Of a stretch of DNA of 64,000 nucleotides, positions 34,330-43,889 are shown one piece after another. The first letter of the stretch is position 1. Each line of letters opens with the position of its first letter. Source of the DNA: Gemmatimonadales bacterium (GTDB taxonomy: Bacteria; Gemmatimonadota; Gemmatimonadetes; Gemmatimonadales; GWC2-71-9); NCBI GenBank assembly GCA_041602035.1, contig JBFIHA010000001.1:210689-274688 (forward strand), in the 5' to 3' direction. A program made the position numbers and the translations under genes. Below the pieces are notes generated by a model. The model saw nothing but the letters and a program-made list of their open reading frames with translations. It was not told the DNA's origin and ran no database searches.

Positions 34330-36531
34330 TCAGATCCTCGCGAGGTAGGTGAGTTTCACGACAGCCCCCCGATCAGTGGTGTCCCATAGACCGGCATCGG
34401 AACCCCGCTGCTCGTTGAATACAATGTAGAGGTCGCTCCCCGGTCGGTGAATGAAGTTGAAGCGTACGTTCGCCGAGACGGTGTTGTCGAGGCTGTTGTA
34501 CTGGAGCAAGGCGTTCACGAACACCCGGGTCGAGAAGGCATAACTGATGCGCAGCGACGCCAGATCGGCGGTAAACGCGCCGCTCGGGACGGTGACATCG
34601 TTGTGGGTGTAGCCAAACGTAAGGCTCACGTGTCGGTTCGGCGTGACCGAGAGCGATCCCACCAGGCTCAGCAGGTCGCCGCCGTAAAACTGCTGGGCCA
34701 GCGTCTGCACCGCCGCGACCCATGGTCGGCGCGGACTGGTGTTGGCGAACGCTCCCACCTGCCAGATGTCGTAGTCACCGGGCGGCACCACGATGTCGTC
34801 CGTCAGGTCGAACTCCTCATCGATTCGCGTGAATCCGCGCCCATAGAACAACGTGACGTTGTCGCCCGAGTTCCACAGCGGACTCGTCGCGATGCCCGCT
34901 TCCCAATCCTGCAGTACGCCGTCGGTGCGCGTGAGGTAGCTGCCTATCACGAACGTATCCAGGCGGCGCAGGCCGACAATCGGTGGCCGGACCGTGACTC
35001 GGGCGAACGCGTTGGTGCGGCGAACGTCGGTGCGGGTGATGAACCCCATGTCGGCCGTCGTCTCCGGACCGACATACAGATGCTGTCCCGTGACGCCCCA
35101 CCGGTCGCTCTGGAAATCGGCGCCGACCCGATAGGCCGAGCCACTCGCGCCGTCCGCCGACGACGCGGTGTGCGCGAGGAACCCCTGGAGATTCAGGTTG
35201 GCCAGGGGCCAGACAGACGCATCCACGCCACCGCCCGTGTTCCACCCCTCCCCTGACCGACGATCGGCGAGCATCGCACCGAGATACCCGTTGCCGGTAA
35301 TATCGCGCTTGAGTCTGGCGACAGCGAAATTCTCCCGCGGCAGGTCGAAGGCCGCGTCGGTCACGATGTCGAGCAGTCCGATGGTCTGCTTTCCCACCCG
35401 GCCGGTCAGGCGGGCCCCGCCGATCACCGGGACCTCGCCATCCTCCGCGATGCCGATCTGTCTCGAGAAGAAGAGCAAGAAGGGAGGAGGCTCAAAGAAT
35501 CCCCGGGTCCCGAATTCGAACACTCCTGCGTTCTCGAGGAAGAAATCCCGCTTCTCCGGAAAGAAGAGGGAAAACCTGGTGAGATTCACTTGCTCGTCGT
35601 CCGCCTCGACCTGTGCGAAATCCGTGTTGAGCGTGAGGTCGAGCAGCAGGCCGGGCCGAATCTCGTATTTGACGTCGAGTCCGGGTTCCAGCCGCGGATC
35701 GGTGTCGAGCACCACGGGCACGCTGTCCTCTTCCTCTTGCTGTGTGATCCCGCCGAGCACGTACGGCTTGAGCTCGACGTTGTGGCCAGGTCGCGGCAGA
35801 TCGTGCAACCCCTCCAGGTGCGCGGCACGACTCACACGGGTGAATCCCTCGTTGGCGCGTGACCAGGAGGCCAGTAGCGCCTGCTCGTTCTTGCGGCTGA
35901 TCGAGCGGGAGACGTTGAACCCCCACGTGCGTCCGTCCGAAGGGAACCGGAGAGTGCGGAACGGGATGGCAAACTCGGCCGACCAGCCGTCCGGGGTTCG
36001 GGAGGCGGCCACCTTCCAGACCCCGCGCCAGTCGATGTTGAACTCCCGTCCCTCGTCGGTAATGAGCGCGTCGAACTCGGCGCCATTCGGGTTCGTCGCG
36101 AACACAACTGCATTGCGGTGGTCGTGAAACGGATCGAGGAGGATGGCGACAGCATCATCCCCCGTGAACTCCGGCCTATTGTCGAACCCGAGTTGCATGA
36201 GCCGGTCGCGCTGCAGTATGCGCCCAATGACGGCGTCGGGATCGGCATCGTAGGCGACGATACCGACGTAGAGTGTCCCACGATCGTACGCGACGCGCAC
36301 TTCGGTACGCTCGGAGGCTGGCGCGCCCTCCGCCGGCTCGAGCTGACGCAAGCCGGAACTGGGAGTGATGTCGTGCCAGACGGACTCGAGGAGGCGCCCG
36401 TCGAGAGTGATCGACTCGGTGTCAGGGAGCGGTGCGGCCAGGACGGTCGGTCCGGCGTCCCCCTGTGGCCAGAGGCGGGATGGAGAGAGCACGATCGCGA
36501 GCGCGACAGTGATCGGGAGACCGGGCCGCAT
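34330..36531 (-). CDS. DUF5916 / CBM9-domain outer-membrane-associated protein (paralog 1)
   Basis: Start at Met 36531, which gives a signal peptide (MRPGLPITVALAIVLSPSRLWPQ). An N-terminal LDGRLLESVWHD...LYVGIVAYD CBM9-like module is followed by a long beta-rich body ending KLTYLARI. Confidence 0.7.
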   Translation of the reverse strand: MRPGLPITVALAIVLSPSRLWPQGDAGPTVLAAPLPDTESITLDGRLLESVWHDITPSSGLRQLEPAEGAPASERTEVRVAYDRGTLYVGIVAYDADPDAVIGRILQRDRLMQLGFDNRPEFTGDDAVAILLDPFHDHRNAVVFATNPNGAEFDALITDEGREFNIDWRGVWKVAASRTPDGWSAEFAIPFRTLRFPSDGRTWGFNVSRSISRKNEQALLASWSRANEGFTRVSRAAHLEGLHDLPRPGHNVELKPYVLGGITQQEEEDSVPVVLDTDPRLEPGLDVKYEIRPGLLLDLTLNTDFAQVEADDEQVNLTRFSLFFPEKRDFFLENAGVFEFGTRGFFEPPPFLLFFSRQIGIAEDGEVPVIGGARLTGRVGKQTIGLLDIVTDAAFDLPRENFAVARLKRDITGNGYLGAMLADRRSGEGWNTGGGVDASVWPLANLNLQGFLAHTASSADGASGSAYRVGADFQSDRWGVTGQHLYVGPETTADMGFITRTDVRRTNAFARVTVRPPIVGLRRLDTFVIGSYLTRTDGVLQDWEAGIATSPLWNSGDNVTLFYGRGFTRIDEEFDLTDDIVVPPGDYDIWQVGAFANTSPRRPWVAAVQTLAQQFYGGDLLSLVGSLSVTPNRHVSLTFGYTHNDVTVPSGAFTADLASLRISYAFSTRVFVNALLQYNSLDNTVSANVRFNFIHRPGSDLYIVFNEQRGSDAGLWDTTDRGAVVKLTYLARI

Positions 36532-36635
36532 GGTGTCGATAATACACCCGCGGCCCGGGTCTGCCATGCAAACGCTCTGACGGTCGACGCCGCTCCGGCT
36601 GCGTTGAGTGGTGCGGTGTCCGAACCGGCGACGGC

Positions 36636-37673
36636 TTAGTTGCCCTTGACGATGCGGACGCCCCCTGAGCCAGTGTCGATCAGCACGCGCGCCGCCCCAT
36701 CGCCGATGGTGCCGCGCAGATGCCGCCGCTCCCACCGCTGCATCTCAACTGGGAAGTCCACCTCGATCCCACCGCTCCCGGTCTCGACCTCGAGTTGGGC
36801 GCCGAACGTCGACGGCACCGTCATGGTCACGCCGCCCGACCCGGTGTCGATACGTACCGAGCGAGGATTGGCGCGGAGTGTGAGGGTCACACGACCACTC
36901 CCCGTATCGATCACGATATCTCTGGCGGAGGCCGCATCGACATCGACCCCGCCCGAGCCGGTATCGACGGTGAGCGTAGACGCCGATACCCGTGATGCCG
37001 AGACGCCGCCGGAGCCCGTATCCACTCTGAGCTCGTCGGCGCGCACGTCGGTGAGGCGGACCGATCCGGAGCCGGTGTCGATGGTCAGATCGCCCTCAGC
37101 GTCCGTAACCTCGACACTGCCCGAGCCGACATCGACGCGTAGTGAACCTCGAGTGCCGGTGGCCTTCACCGAGGCCGCGTGGGTGTCGAGCACCAGGCTG
37201 CCCTGGACGTTCGCGGCGGACACCTGTCCGACGGCGAGGTACACTTCAACGCGCTTTCCGTCAGGGACGTGAATGCGCAGGTTTGCCCCTGCTTCCAGAC
37301 CATCTCCGCTGCGGGCGATGCGCACTCGTCGGCCGCCGTCGCCGAATGTCCCGTCGCTGCGCACGCGGACATCGGACGACCCGCCGCCCGCGCCGCGGTA
37401 CACGATGCGGTCACCGGGGTACACCACGCGGAGGGTCTGGCGGCCGTCCAGTCGCCCCTGCTGGACATCGAGGCGACGCGCATCGGCCCCGGTGCGCGTG
37501 ACCTCGACGACGACCGCGGAGCCGGATCCGCGCTCCACCACGACGTCGCCCGCCAGGTTGTACACGGCCACCCGGTCGCCCGCGAGTTCGTACCGAGGCT
37601 CCTGGGCCACCGCGTCGTCTGCCAGGAGCCCGGTGATTCCAATGGCGACCACCCGCAGGAGTGCTGCGTTCAT
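36636..37673 (-). CDS. DUF4097-family beta-helical repeat protein (putative adhesin-like), secreted
   Basis: Start at Met 37673, giving the signal peptide MNAALLRVVAIGITGLLADDAVAQ. At least 8 repeats of (V/I)DTGSG(G/S)V occur every ~19 aa. Confidence 0.7.
   Translation of the reverse strand: MNAALLRVVAIGITGLLADDAVAQEPRYELAGDRVAVYNLAGDVVVERGSGSAVVVEVTRTGADARRLDVQQGRLDGRQTLRVVYPGDRIVYRGAGGGSSDVRVRSDGTFGDGGRRVRIARSGDGLEAGANLRIHVPDGKRVEVYLAVGQVSAANVQGSLVLDTHAASVKATGTRGSLRVDVGSGSVEVTDAEGDLTIDTGSGSVRLTDVRADELRVDTGSGGVSASRVSASTLTVDTGSGGVDVDAASARDIVIDTGSGRVTLTLRANPRSVRIDTGSGGVTMTVPSTFGAQLEVETGSGGIEVDFPVEMQRWERRHLRGTIGDGAARVLIDTGSGGVRIVKGN
36660..37140 (-). repeat. coding tandem repeats (~57-nt period) specifying the DTGSGxV strands of DUF4097
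   Basis: The plus strand shows recurring CC(G/C)GAGCC(G/C)GT(A/G)TCGA(C/T) units near 36664, 36835, 36896, 36952, 37009, 37066 and 37120. Confidence 0.6.
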
Positions 37674-37766
37674 CGATCGTTCTCCTCGTTGAGGCTCGAA
37701 ACTCGTGATACGCCCCCTACGGGCCTCGGGTCCCTGAGGTGTCACGGCGGGTGCCGAGCCCCGGAG

Positions 37767-38717
37767 TCAAGGGGCGGGGAGCGGAGGTCGCGACTCTGGA
37801 GGGCGGGTATCGGGTTTGCCTTCCAACCGGTTGTCGTAATACCGATAGGTGGGGTAGGCGAAGTCGATGTCCGCTTCGCGGGCGAAGGCCTCGAGCACTT
37901 CCTCCCAAATGGCCTGGGAGGTGCCCCGCCGCTTCCGGGGCTCGCAGAGGTAGCGGATGGTGAGTAGCACGCCGCTGTCGGCCACCCTGGCGTAGACGGT
38001 CGGCGTGAGGGTCGTGTAGAAGATCATGAAACGTCGGGCCACCTCGCTGATCTCGCGCTTTGCCGCGTCCGTGAGGTGGGCGGCATGTCTTCCCGCAATC
38101 TCCTCGAGGATCGCCTTGGCCTTCTTCCAGTTGCTTTCGAAGGTGACGAGCACCGGCAGCTCGTTCCAGATGTAGTTGAACCCCTTGGTGGAATTCGCGA
38201 GGGGCTCGGATAAGACCTTCCCGTTGGGGATGTGGATGATACGCCCCGTACTCTGATCGGCGTCCACCCAATTGCCGATCTCGAGCAGTGTGAACTGAAA
38301 GATCCGTAGGTCGATGACGTCACCGGCATGGCCGTCGATCTCGACGCGATCGCCGACTTCGAACGGACGCCGCCACAGGATGAATCCCCAACCGGCCAGG
38401 TTCACGACCAGGTCCTTCAGCGCGATCGCAAGACCGGCTGACAGGAGGCCGAGGAACGTGGCGAGCGAGCCCATTCCCTCGAACCAGATCCGGCCGACGA
38501 TGAGGATACCGATCGGGACGACGATGTACGTCGCCGTTTTGCGCCAGCGGTAGCGGATCCGCACGTCGGTGGTGCGGTGCGACACGACCGCCAGCACGAT
38601 TCGACGCACCACCCATAGCACGAGGATGGCCGCGAGCGACGCGACGACCCGGTCCACGGCACCCGCCGAGAGCCCGAACGTGCTCTGAATCCAATCGGTG
38701 ACAGCGTTCATATCCAA
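37767..38717 (-). CDS. small-conductance mechanosensitive channel (MscS family)
   Basis: Three N-terminal TM helices. The pore-helix region is GLLSAGLAIALKDLVVNLAGWGFILWRRPFEVGDRVEIDGHAGDVIDL. Confidence 0.85.
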   Translation of the reverse strand: MDMNAVTDWIQSTFGLSAGAVDRVVASLAAILVLWVVRRIVLAVVSHRTTDVRIRYRWRKTATYIVVPIGILIVGRIWFEGMGSLATFLGLLSAGLAIALKDLVVNLAGWGFILWRRPFEVGDRVEIDGHAGDVIDLRIFQFTLLEIGNWVDADQSTGRIIHIPNGKVLSEPLANSTKGFNYIWNELPVLVTFESNWKKAKAILEEIAGRHAAHLTDAAKREISEVARRFMIFYTTLTPTVYARVADSGVLLTIRYLCEPRKRRGTSQAIWEEVLEAFAREADIDFAYPTYRYYDNRLEGKPDTRPPESRPPLPAP

Positions 38718-38784
38718 TCGGCTACCTAGGCAGGGTCTCCGGAAGTAAACTCGGCGGAACGCCGCTCGTCGATGGCCAGATGTG

Positions 38785-39447
38785 TCACGCTGAGACGAGC
38801 CGGGTTAGATCGTTCGGTGTTGCGATCCAGTGGTCCGGTGCATGGAGCTCGAGGTCGGACCGCGGGAACGGACCCCACGACACGGCCGCGGTCTGCACGC
38901 CGGCAGCGCGTCCGGCCACGAGGTCGTGAGGGGAATCTCCCACGAAGATGGTGTGATCGCCGGGAACCGCGAGCAGCTCGAGTGCTCGATGAACAGGCTC
39001 GGGATCGGGCTTGGGCCGCTCGACGTCGTCCGCCCCCACGACGACCTCGAACAGACCGTCGTAGCCACATCGTCGGAGCCCGCGGTAGGCGCCTTCTCGG
39101 ACCTTGGAGGTTACCACGCCGAGCCGAATCCTCCGGCGGCTGAGGCTCTCGATGGCGTCGCGCACGCCGGGGAACGCGCGAACGGCATCGTCGTGATGCG
39201 CGAGGTTGTATTCCCGATACGTCGCCACCATGGCGTCGATCTCGCCCGCGTCGTCGGTGAAGGTGCGGAATTGCGCTACGAGCGGTGTCCCCAGACCCTG
39301 CAGCCACGTCTCGTCCGGCGGCACGGTCCCACGATGGACCTTGAGAGTGTGCCGGTACGAGCTCAGGATGAGCTCCACGGAATCGATGAGCGTGCCGTCG
39401 AGATCGAACAGCATCGCGGTGATCGGCTGGCGGGGCATGGCGCGCAA
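38785..39447 (-). CDS. HAD-superfamily hydrolase (phosphoglycolate phosphatase / PpaX-like)
   Basis: Motif I is MLFDLDGTLIDS, motif II VVTSK, and motif IV is in FVGDSPHD. The alternative start is Met 39438. Confidence 0.85.
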   Translation of the reverse strand: MRAMPRQPITAMLFDLDGTLIDSVELILSSYRHTLKVHRGTVPPDETWLQGLGTPLVAQFRTFTDDAGEIDAMVATYREYNLAHHDDAVRAFPGVRDAIESLSRRRIRLGVVTSKVREGAYRGLRRCGYDGLFEVVVGADDVERPKPDPEPVHRALELLAVPGDHTIFVGDSPHDLVAGRAAGVQTAAVSWGPFPRSDLELHAPDHWIATPNDLTRLVSA

Positions 39448-39589
39448 TATAATCCCTCAGGTCGCCGCCGTACGGGGAGGATGGGAGGTGATCGTCGCCC
39501 CTCGGTGGCCTGGGCGCTATCTTTGACGATCGCTGGTTCGGTCCGGCCGCATGAGGCCGGGCCGGGACTCGCGGCACCCTCGCACCCAC

Positions 39590-42244
39590 ATGATTCGATT
39601 GCGTCCAATTACGTCTCTGGTGCTTCTCGCACTCGTCCTTCCCCTCTCCAAGGTGGGTGGCCAGGAGACGGCACGTGCCGTCCGCTCGAACGGGTCCGAC
39701 CCAGTCATTGATGGTCGGCTCGACGATGTGGCGTGGGATCACGCGCCGCCACTCACGGGATTCCTGCAGCGAAACCCGCTCGAGGGTGCCGCCCCGAGTG
39801 AGTCGACGGAAGTGCGCTTCGTGTACACCGATCACGCGTTGTTCGTCGGCTTTCGAGCGTTCGATCGTGAGCCGGGGCGGATCATCGGTCGCTTGGTGCG
39901 GCGTGACCAGCGCATCGCGGCCGACAACTTCAGCCTGTACCTCGACACGTACCACGACAAGCGGACAGCGTTCGAGATCTCGATCAACCCCTCCGGTGCT
40001 CGGCGCGACGTGTTCATCTACGGAGACGGGACCGGCCGCGACGACTCGTGGGATCCCGTCTTCGATTGGGGTAGCCGGACCGATTCGCTGGGGTGGACCG
40101 TCGAGCTGCGCATACCGTTTTCACAGCTGCGGTTCGCGGCGCGGGATTCCATGATCTTCGGCCTCCGCGTGCGCCGAGATATCAACCGCCGAAACGAGGA
40201 GGTGAATTGGCCCTTCTTCCCGCGCGACCTCGCCGGCGAGGTCTCGCAGTATGGGCAGCTCATGGGCTTCTCCGCCGTCCCGGCACCACGTCGGCTCGAG
40301 TTCCTCCCGTACGTCGCGGGAAGCACGGCTTTCGAGGCGTCTGAAGCCGGCAATCCGTTCGCCACCGGGCGGAGCTCCTCGGCGCGCACCGGGCTCGACG
40401 CCAAGCTCGGCATCACGAGCAGCGTGACGATGGATCTCACGGTGAATCCCGATTTCGGACAGGTGGAGGCCGATCCGGCGGAGGTGAACCTCACGGCGTT
40501 CGAGACTTTCTTCCAGGAGCGGCGACCGTTCTTCGTGGAAGGGACCAATCTGTTCGAGTTCGGTCTGCAGCCGTCGGAGCGTCGCGAGTTCGGGGGCGGT
40601 GGTGGCGGCGGCCAGGAGGGTCTGGTCTACACCCGCCGCATTGGGCGGTCGCCGCAGGTGTCGGCGGATGATGGCGGTGGGTATGCGGAACAGGTGTCGC
40701 AGACGACCATTCTCGGCGCGGCGAAGCTGAGTGGGCAGCTTGGCCGGGGATGGTCGTTTGGATTGGCACAGGCGGTGACGTCGAAGGAACGAGCCGCCGT
40801 CGTGGACGCGGCGGGGCTCGAAGGCACCTCGCCGGTCGAGCCGCTCACCAGCTACTCCGTGGCACGTGCCGAGCGCGTCGTGCGTAGCGGACAGCTGGCC
40901 TACGGCGCGGCGGCGACGCTCACCGAGCGCCGGCTCGACGAGGCGGCGTTCGACGAACTCCACGGGCGGGCGTACACGGGCGGCGTCGACGTGGGCGGCC
41001 GATTCGGCCGCGATCAGTACGAGTTCGCTGCGGCACTCGCGGGCTCGCGCGTGGAGGGGTCCCAGGCGGCACTGCTCGAGACCCAAACAAGCTCGGCCCG
41101 GTACTATCAGCGTCCCGATCAGGGCCATGTCACGCTCGACTCGACGCGGACGGCCCTCACCGGTCTGGCGGGCTACGCACGCGTCGCCAAGGTGACCGGG
41201 TTCCTCACGTGGGATGCTCGCTATGGAACTCGGAGCCCGGGGTTCGAGGTCAATGACCTGGGATTTCTGCGGGCGGCCGACCAACACGAACAGAGCCTGG
41301 AGGCGGAGTTGCGTTGGCTGGAGCCGGGGCCGGTGTTCCGCGAATTTCGCTGGCGGGTTGAGGAGCAGGCCTCCTTCACGTGGGGTGGCGAGCGGACCCG
41401 GACATCGGTCGAGAGCCGCGTTTCGGCGTCGTTTCTCAACTACTGGAACCTCAATGTCAACGCGGAGCGTTCGTTCCCGAGCCTCAACACGCGCCTGCTC
41501 CGCGGTGGGCCGGCGTTTGCCGAACCGGGGCAGTGGGAGTTCCGGGGCGGGGGCCGGACCGATTTCCGCCGCAGCATTTGGGCGAGCCTGGGCATGAGCT
41601 ACAGCACCGAAGACGAGACCGGCGCACACCGTTGGGGGGTCAACGCCAATCTGCGATGGCGGCCGCCGGGCAGCTTTTCGATGAGTCTCGAAGGGCGGGT
41701 CAACTGGACCACGACCGACCGGCAATACCTTACGCAGCGGACCGCCATCGACTCGACGTTCTACCTGCTCGGCGAGCTGGACCGCCGCGAGGTCTCGCTG
41801 GAGCTCCGTGCCGACGTCGCCCTGACGCCGCGTCTCTCGTTCGAGGTCTACGCGGAACCGTTCGTGTCCGCCGGTCGCTACGACGTTATCAAGCTCGCCG
41901 CTGATCCGCGGGCGGAGGTGTACGCCGATCGCTTCGATGTGCTGGAGCCGGATCGGCTGACGCGACCCGGGGGTGAAGAGGACGTCGCGGTCGACGTGGA
42001 TCGGGACGGCACCACGGACTTCACGTTTTCCGAGCCGGACTTTCGCGTCGTGTCGCTGCGAACGAACGCGGTGCTCCGTTGGGAGTTCCGTCCCGGATCG
42101 ACACTCTTCGTGGTGTGGCAGCAGAACCGCCGCGAGCGGGACGAGACGGGTACGCTGGATGCCGGTTCAGCGCTGTTCGATGCGGTCCGCGCGTCCGGCA
42201 GTCACGTCGTTGCGGTCAAGGTGGCCTATTGGTTCGGGCTGTGA
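39590..42244 (+). CDS. DUF5916 / CBM9-domain outer-membrane-associated protein (paralog 2)
   Basis: ATG 39590 gives the signal peptide MIRLRPITSLVLLALVLPLSKVGGQ. IDGRLDDVAWDHAPPLTGF...LFVGFRAFD aligns with paralog 1. The C-terminal strand is VAVKVAYWFGL. Confidence 0.7.
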   Translation: MIRLRPITSLVLLALVLPLSKVGGQETARAVRSNGSDPVIDGRLDDVAWDHAPPLTGFLQRNPLEGAAPSESTEVRFVYTDHALFVGFRAFDREPGRIIGRLVRRDQRIAADNFSLYLDTYHDKRTAFEISINPSGARRDVFIYGDGTGRDDSWDPVFDWGSRTDSLGWTVELRIPFSQLRFAARDSMIFGLRVRRDINRRNEEVNWPFFPRDLAGEVSQYGQLMGFSAVPAPRRLEFLPYVAGSTAFEASEAGNPFATGRSSSARTGLDAKLGITSSVTMDLTVNPDFGQVEADPAEVNLTAFETFFQERRPFFVEGTNLFEFGLQPSERREFGGGGGGGQEGLVYTRRIGRSPQVSADDGGGYAEQVSQTTILGAAKLSGQLGRGWSFGLAQAVTSKERAAVVDAAGLEGTSPVEPLTSYSVARAERVVRSGQLAYGAAATLTERRLDEAAFDELHGRAYTGGVDVGGRFGRDQYEFAAALAGSRVEGSQAALLETQTSSARYYQRPDQGHVTLDSTRTALTGLAGYARVAKVTGFLTWDARYGTRSPGFEVNDLGFLRAADQHEQSLEAELRWLEPGPVFREFRWRVEEQASFTWGGERTRTSVESRVSASFLNYWNLNVNAERSFPSLNTRLLRGGPAFAEPGQWEFRGGGRTDFRRSIWASLGMSYSTEDETGAHRWGVNANLRWRPPGSFSMSLEGRVNWTTTDRQYLTQRTAIDSTFYLLGELDRREVSLELRADVALTPRLSFEVYAEPFVSAGRYDVIKLAADPRAEVYADRFDVLEPDRLTRPGGEEDVAVDVDRDGTTDFTFSEPDFRVVSLRTNAVLRWEFRPGSTLFVVWQQNRRERDETGTLDAGSALFDAVRASGSHVVAVKVAYWFGL

Positions 42245-42287
42245 CGGCGTGCGCCGCGTGGCCCTTTCTCTGTCGAGGTGAGTACGC

Positions 42288-43889
42288 ATGAGGCGACGCC
42301 ATCTCCTGTCCGCGGGTGTGCTTGCGGTCGCGCTCGCAGCCCCACTCGCCGCCGCAACAGCGCAGGGACCACCGTCCACCGCGGCACTCAAGCGCGAGGT
42401 CGTGCAGGAAGTGACCTCGATGCAGAAGCTGTCGCAGGAGATCGTGGACATGGTCTTCAGCTTCTCGGAACTCGGGTTCCAGGAGCGCTGGACCGTGGAG
42501 TATCTGACTGATATCCTGCGCCGCGAGGGCTTCCGGGTCGAGACTGGCTGCGCGGATATGCCGACCTGTTACGTGGCGAGCTGGGGCAGTGGCACGCCGG
42601 TGATTGGGGTGATGGGCGACATCGACGGGCTGCCTGAAACGTCGCAGAAGCCCGGCGTCGCCTATCACGATCCGCTGATCTCGGGGGGACCGGGACACGG
42701 TGAGGGACACAACAGCGCACCCGCGGTTGACCTGGTCGCCGCCATCGCCGTCAAACGCGTAATGGAACGCCACCGACTCCCCGGCGAAATCCGCGTCATC
42801 CCCGGGGTGGCGGAAGAGCTCGTGGCGAGCAGAACCTACATGGTGATGGCCGGAATGTTCGACGATCTGGACGCGATGCTCTCCACACACGTGAGCAGTC
42901 GCACGTCGACCACGTATGGGGTCAGCGGTTCGGGTCTGGTCTCGACGGTCTTCACGTTCCGCGGCCGGACGGCACACGGAGCTGGCTCGCCGTGGGCTGG
43001 TCGCTCGGCGCTGGATGCGGTGGAGTTGATGAACGTCGCGTGGAATTTCCGCCGCGAGCACCTGCGCCTGCAGCAGCGATCGCATTACGTGATCGTCAAC
43101 GGCGGCAACCAGCCCAACGTCGTGCCGGGTGAGGCGGCCGTGTGGTACTACTTCCGCGAACTCGACTATCCACGCATCAAGGCGCTCCACGAGCTGGGGC
43201 AGACCATGGCCCATGCCGCGAGCCTGATGACCGAGACGACGGTGGAGGAGCGCGTCCTCGGGTCGGCGTGGCCGCAAACCTACAACAAGCCCATGGCAGA
43301 ACGGATGCAGCGCAACATCGACGCCGTCGGGATGCCCCGCTGGTCCGAGGCCGACATCGCGCTCGCCAAGGCCGTCCAGCGTGAGCTGGGTCGCGACACC
43401 GTAGGGCTGCCGACCGCCGTGGATTCCCTCCGTGAGGCGGACCAAGGGATGGGTGGTGGCAGCGACGACATCGCCGAGGTGTCGTGGAAGGTGCCGACGG
43501 TACGTCTCCGCTATGCCGCCAACATCCCGGGTACCATTGGGCATCACTGGTCATCCGCTATCGCCATGGCGACGCCCATCGCGCACAAGGGCGCCAACCA
43601 CGCCAGTCGGATCGTGGCCATGACGGCGATCGATCTGTTGACGGATCGACACCTCCTGGACGACGCGAAGCGGTATCACCGCGAGGTGCAGACCAAGGAG
43701 TTCCAGTGGACATCGCTCATTCCAGCCGGCACGGCGGCCCCGGCACACCTGAACGTCGACAAGATGGCCCAACACCGACCACACCTCGAGCAGCTGCGGT
43801 ACGATCCGAGTCGCTACGCGACGTACCTCGAACAGCTGGGGATCACGTATCCGACGCTCGTCAGGCCGACAGACGAGGACTCGCGATGA
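42288..43889 (+). CDS. M20-family amidohydrolase (AbgB-like), secreted (possible Tat signal)
   Basis: MRRRHLLSAGVLAVALAAPLAAATAQ. Motifs GPGHGEGHN, SELGFQE and GGSDDI. Confidence 0.8.
   Translation: MRRRHLLSAGVLAVALAAPLAAATAQGPPSTAALKREVVQEVTSMQKLSQEIVDMVFSFSELGFQERWTVEYLTDILRREGFRVETGCADMPTCYVASWGSGTPVIGVMGDIDGLPETSQKPGVAYHDPLISGGPGHGEGHNSAPAVDLVAAIAVKRVMERHRLPGEIRVIPGVAEELVASRTYMVMAGMFDDLDAMLSTHVSSRTSTTYGVSGSGLVSTVFTFRGRTAHGAGSPWAGRSALDAVELMNVAWNFRREHLRLQQRSHYVIVNGGNQPNVVPGEAAVWYYFRELDYPRIKALHELGQTMAHAASLMTETTVEERVLGSAWPQTYNKPMAERMQRNIDAVGMPRWSEADIALAKAVQRELGRDTVGLPTAVDSLREADQGMGGGSDDIAEVSWKVPTVRLRYAANIPGTIGHHWSSAIAMATPIAHKGANHASRIVAMTAIDLLTDRHLLDDAKRYHREVQTKEFQWTSLIPAGTAAPAHLNVDKMAQHRPHLEQLRYDPSRYATYLEQLGITYPTLVRPTDEDSR

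Noticed and set aside
36660-37140. Regularly spaced (~57 nt) repeats that superficially look like a repeat array
   Set aside because: The repeats are in frame and encode the recurring DTGSGxV beta-strand of a DUF4097 protein. The spacing is 19 codons and no unique spacers are present. This is not a CRISPR array or a non-coding tandem repeat.
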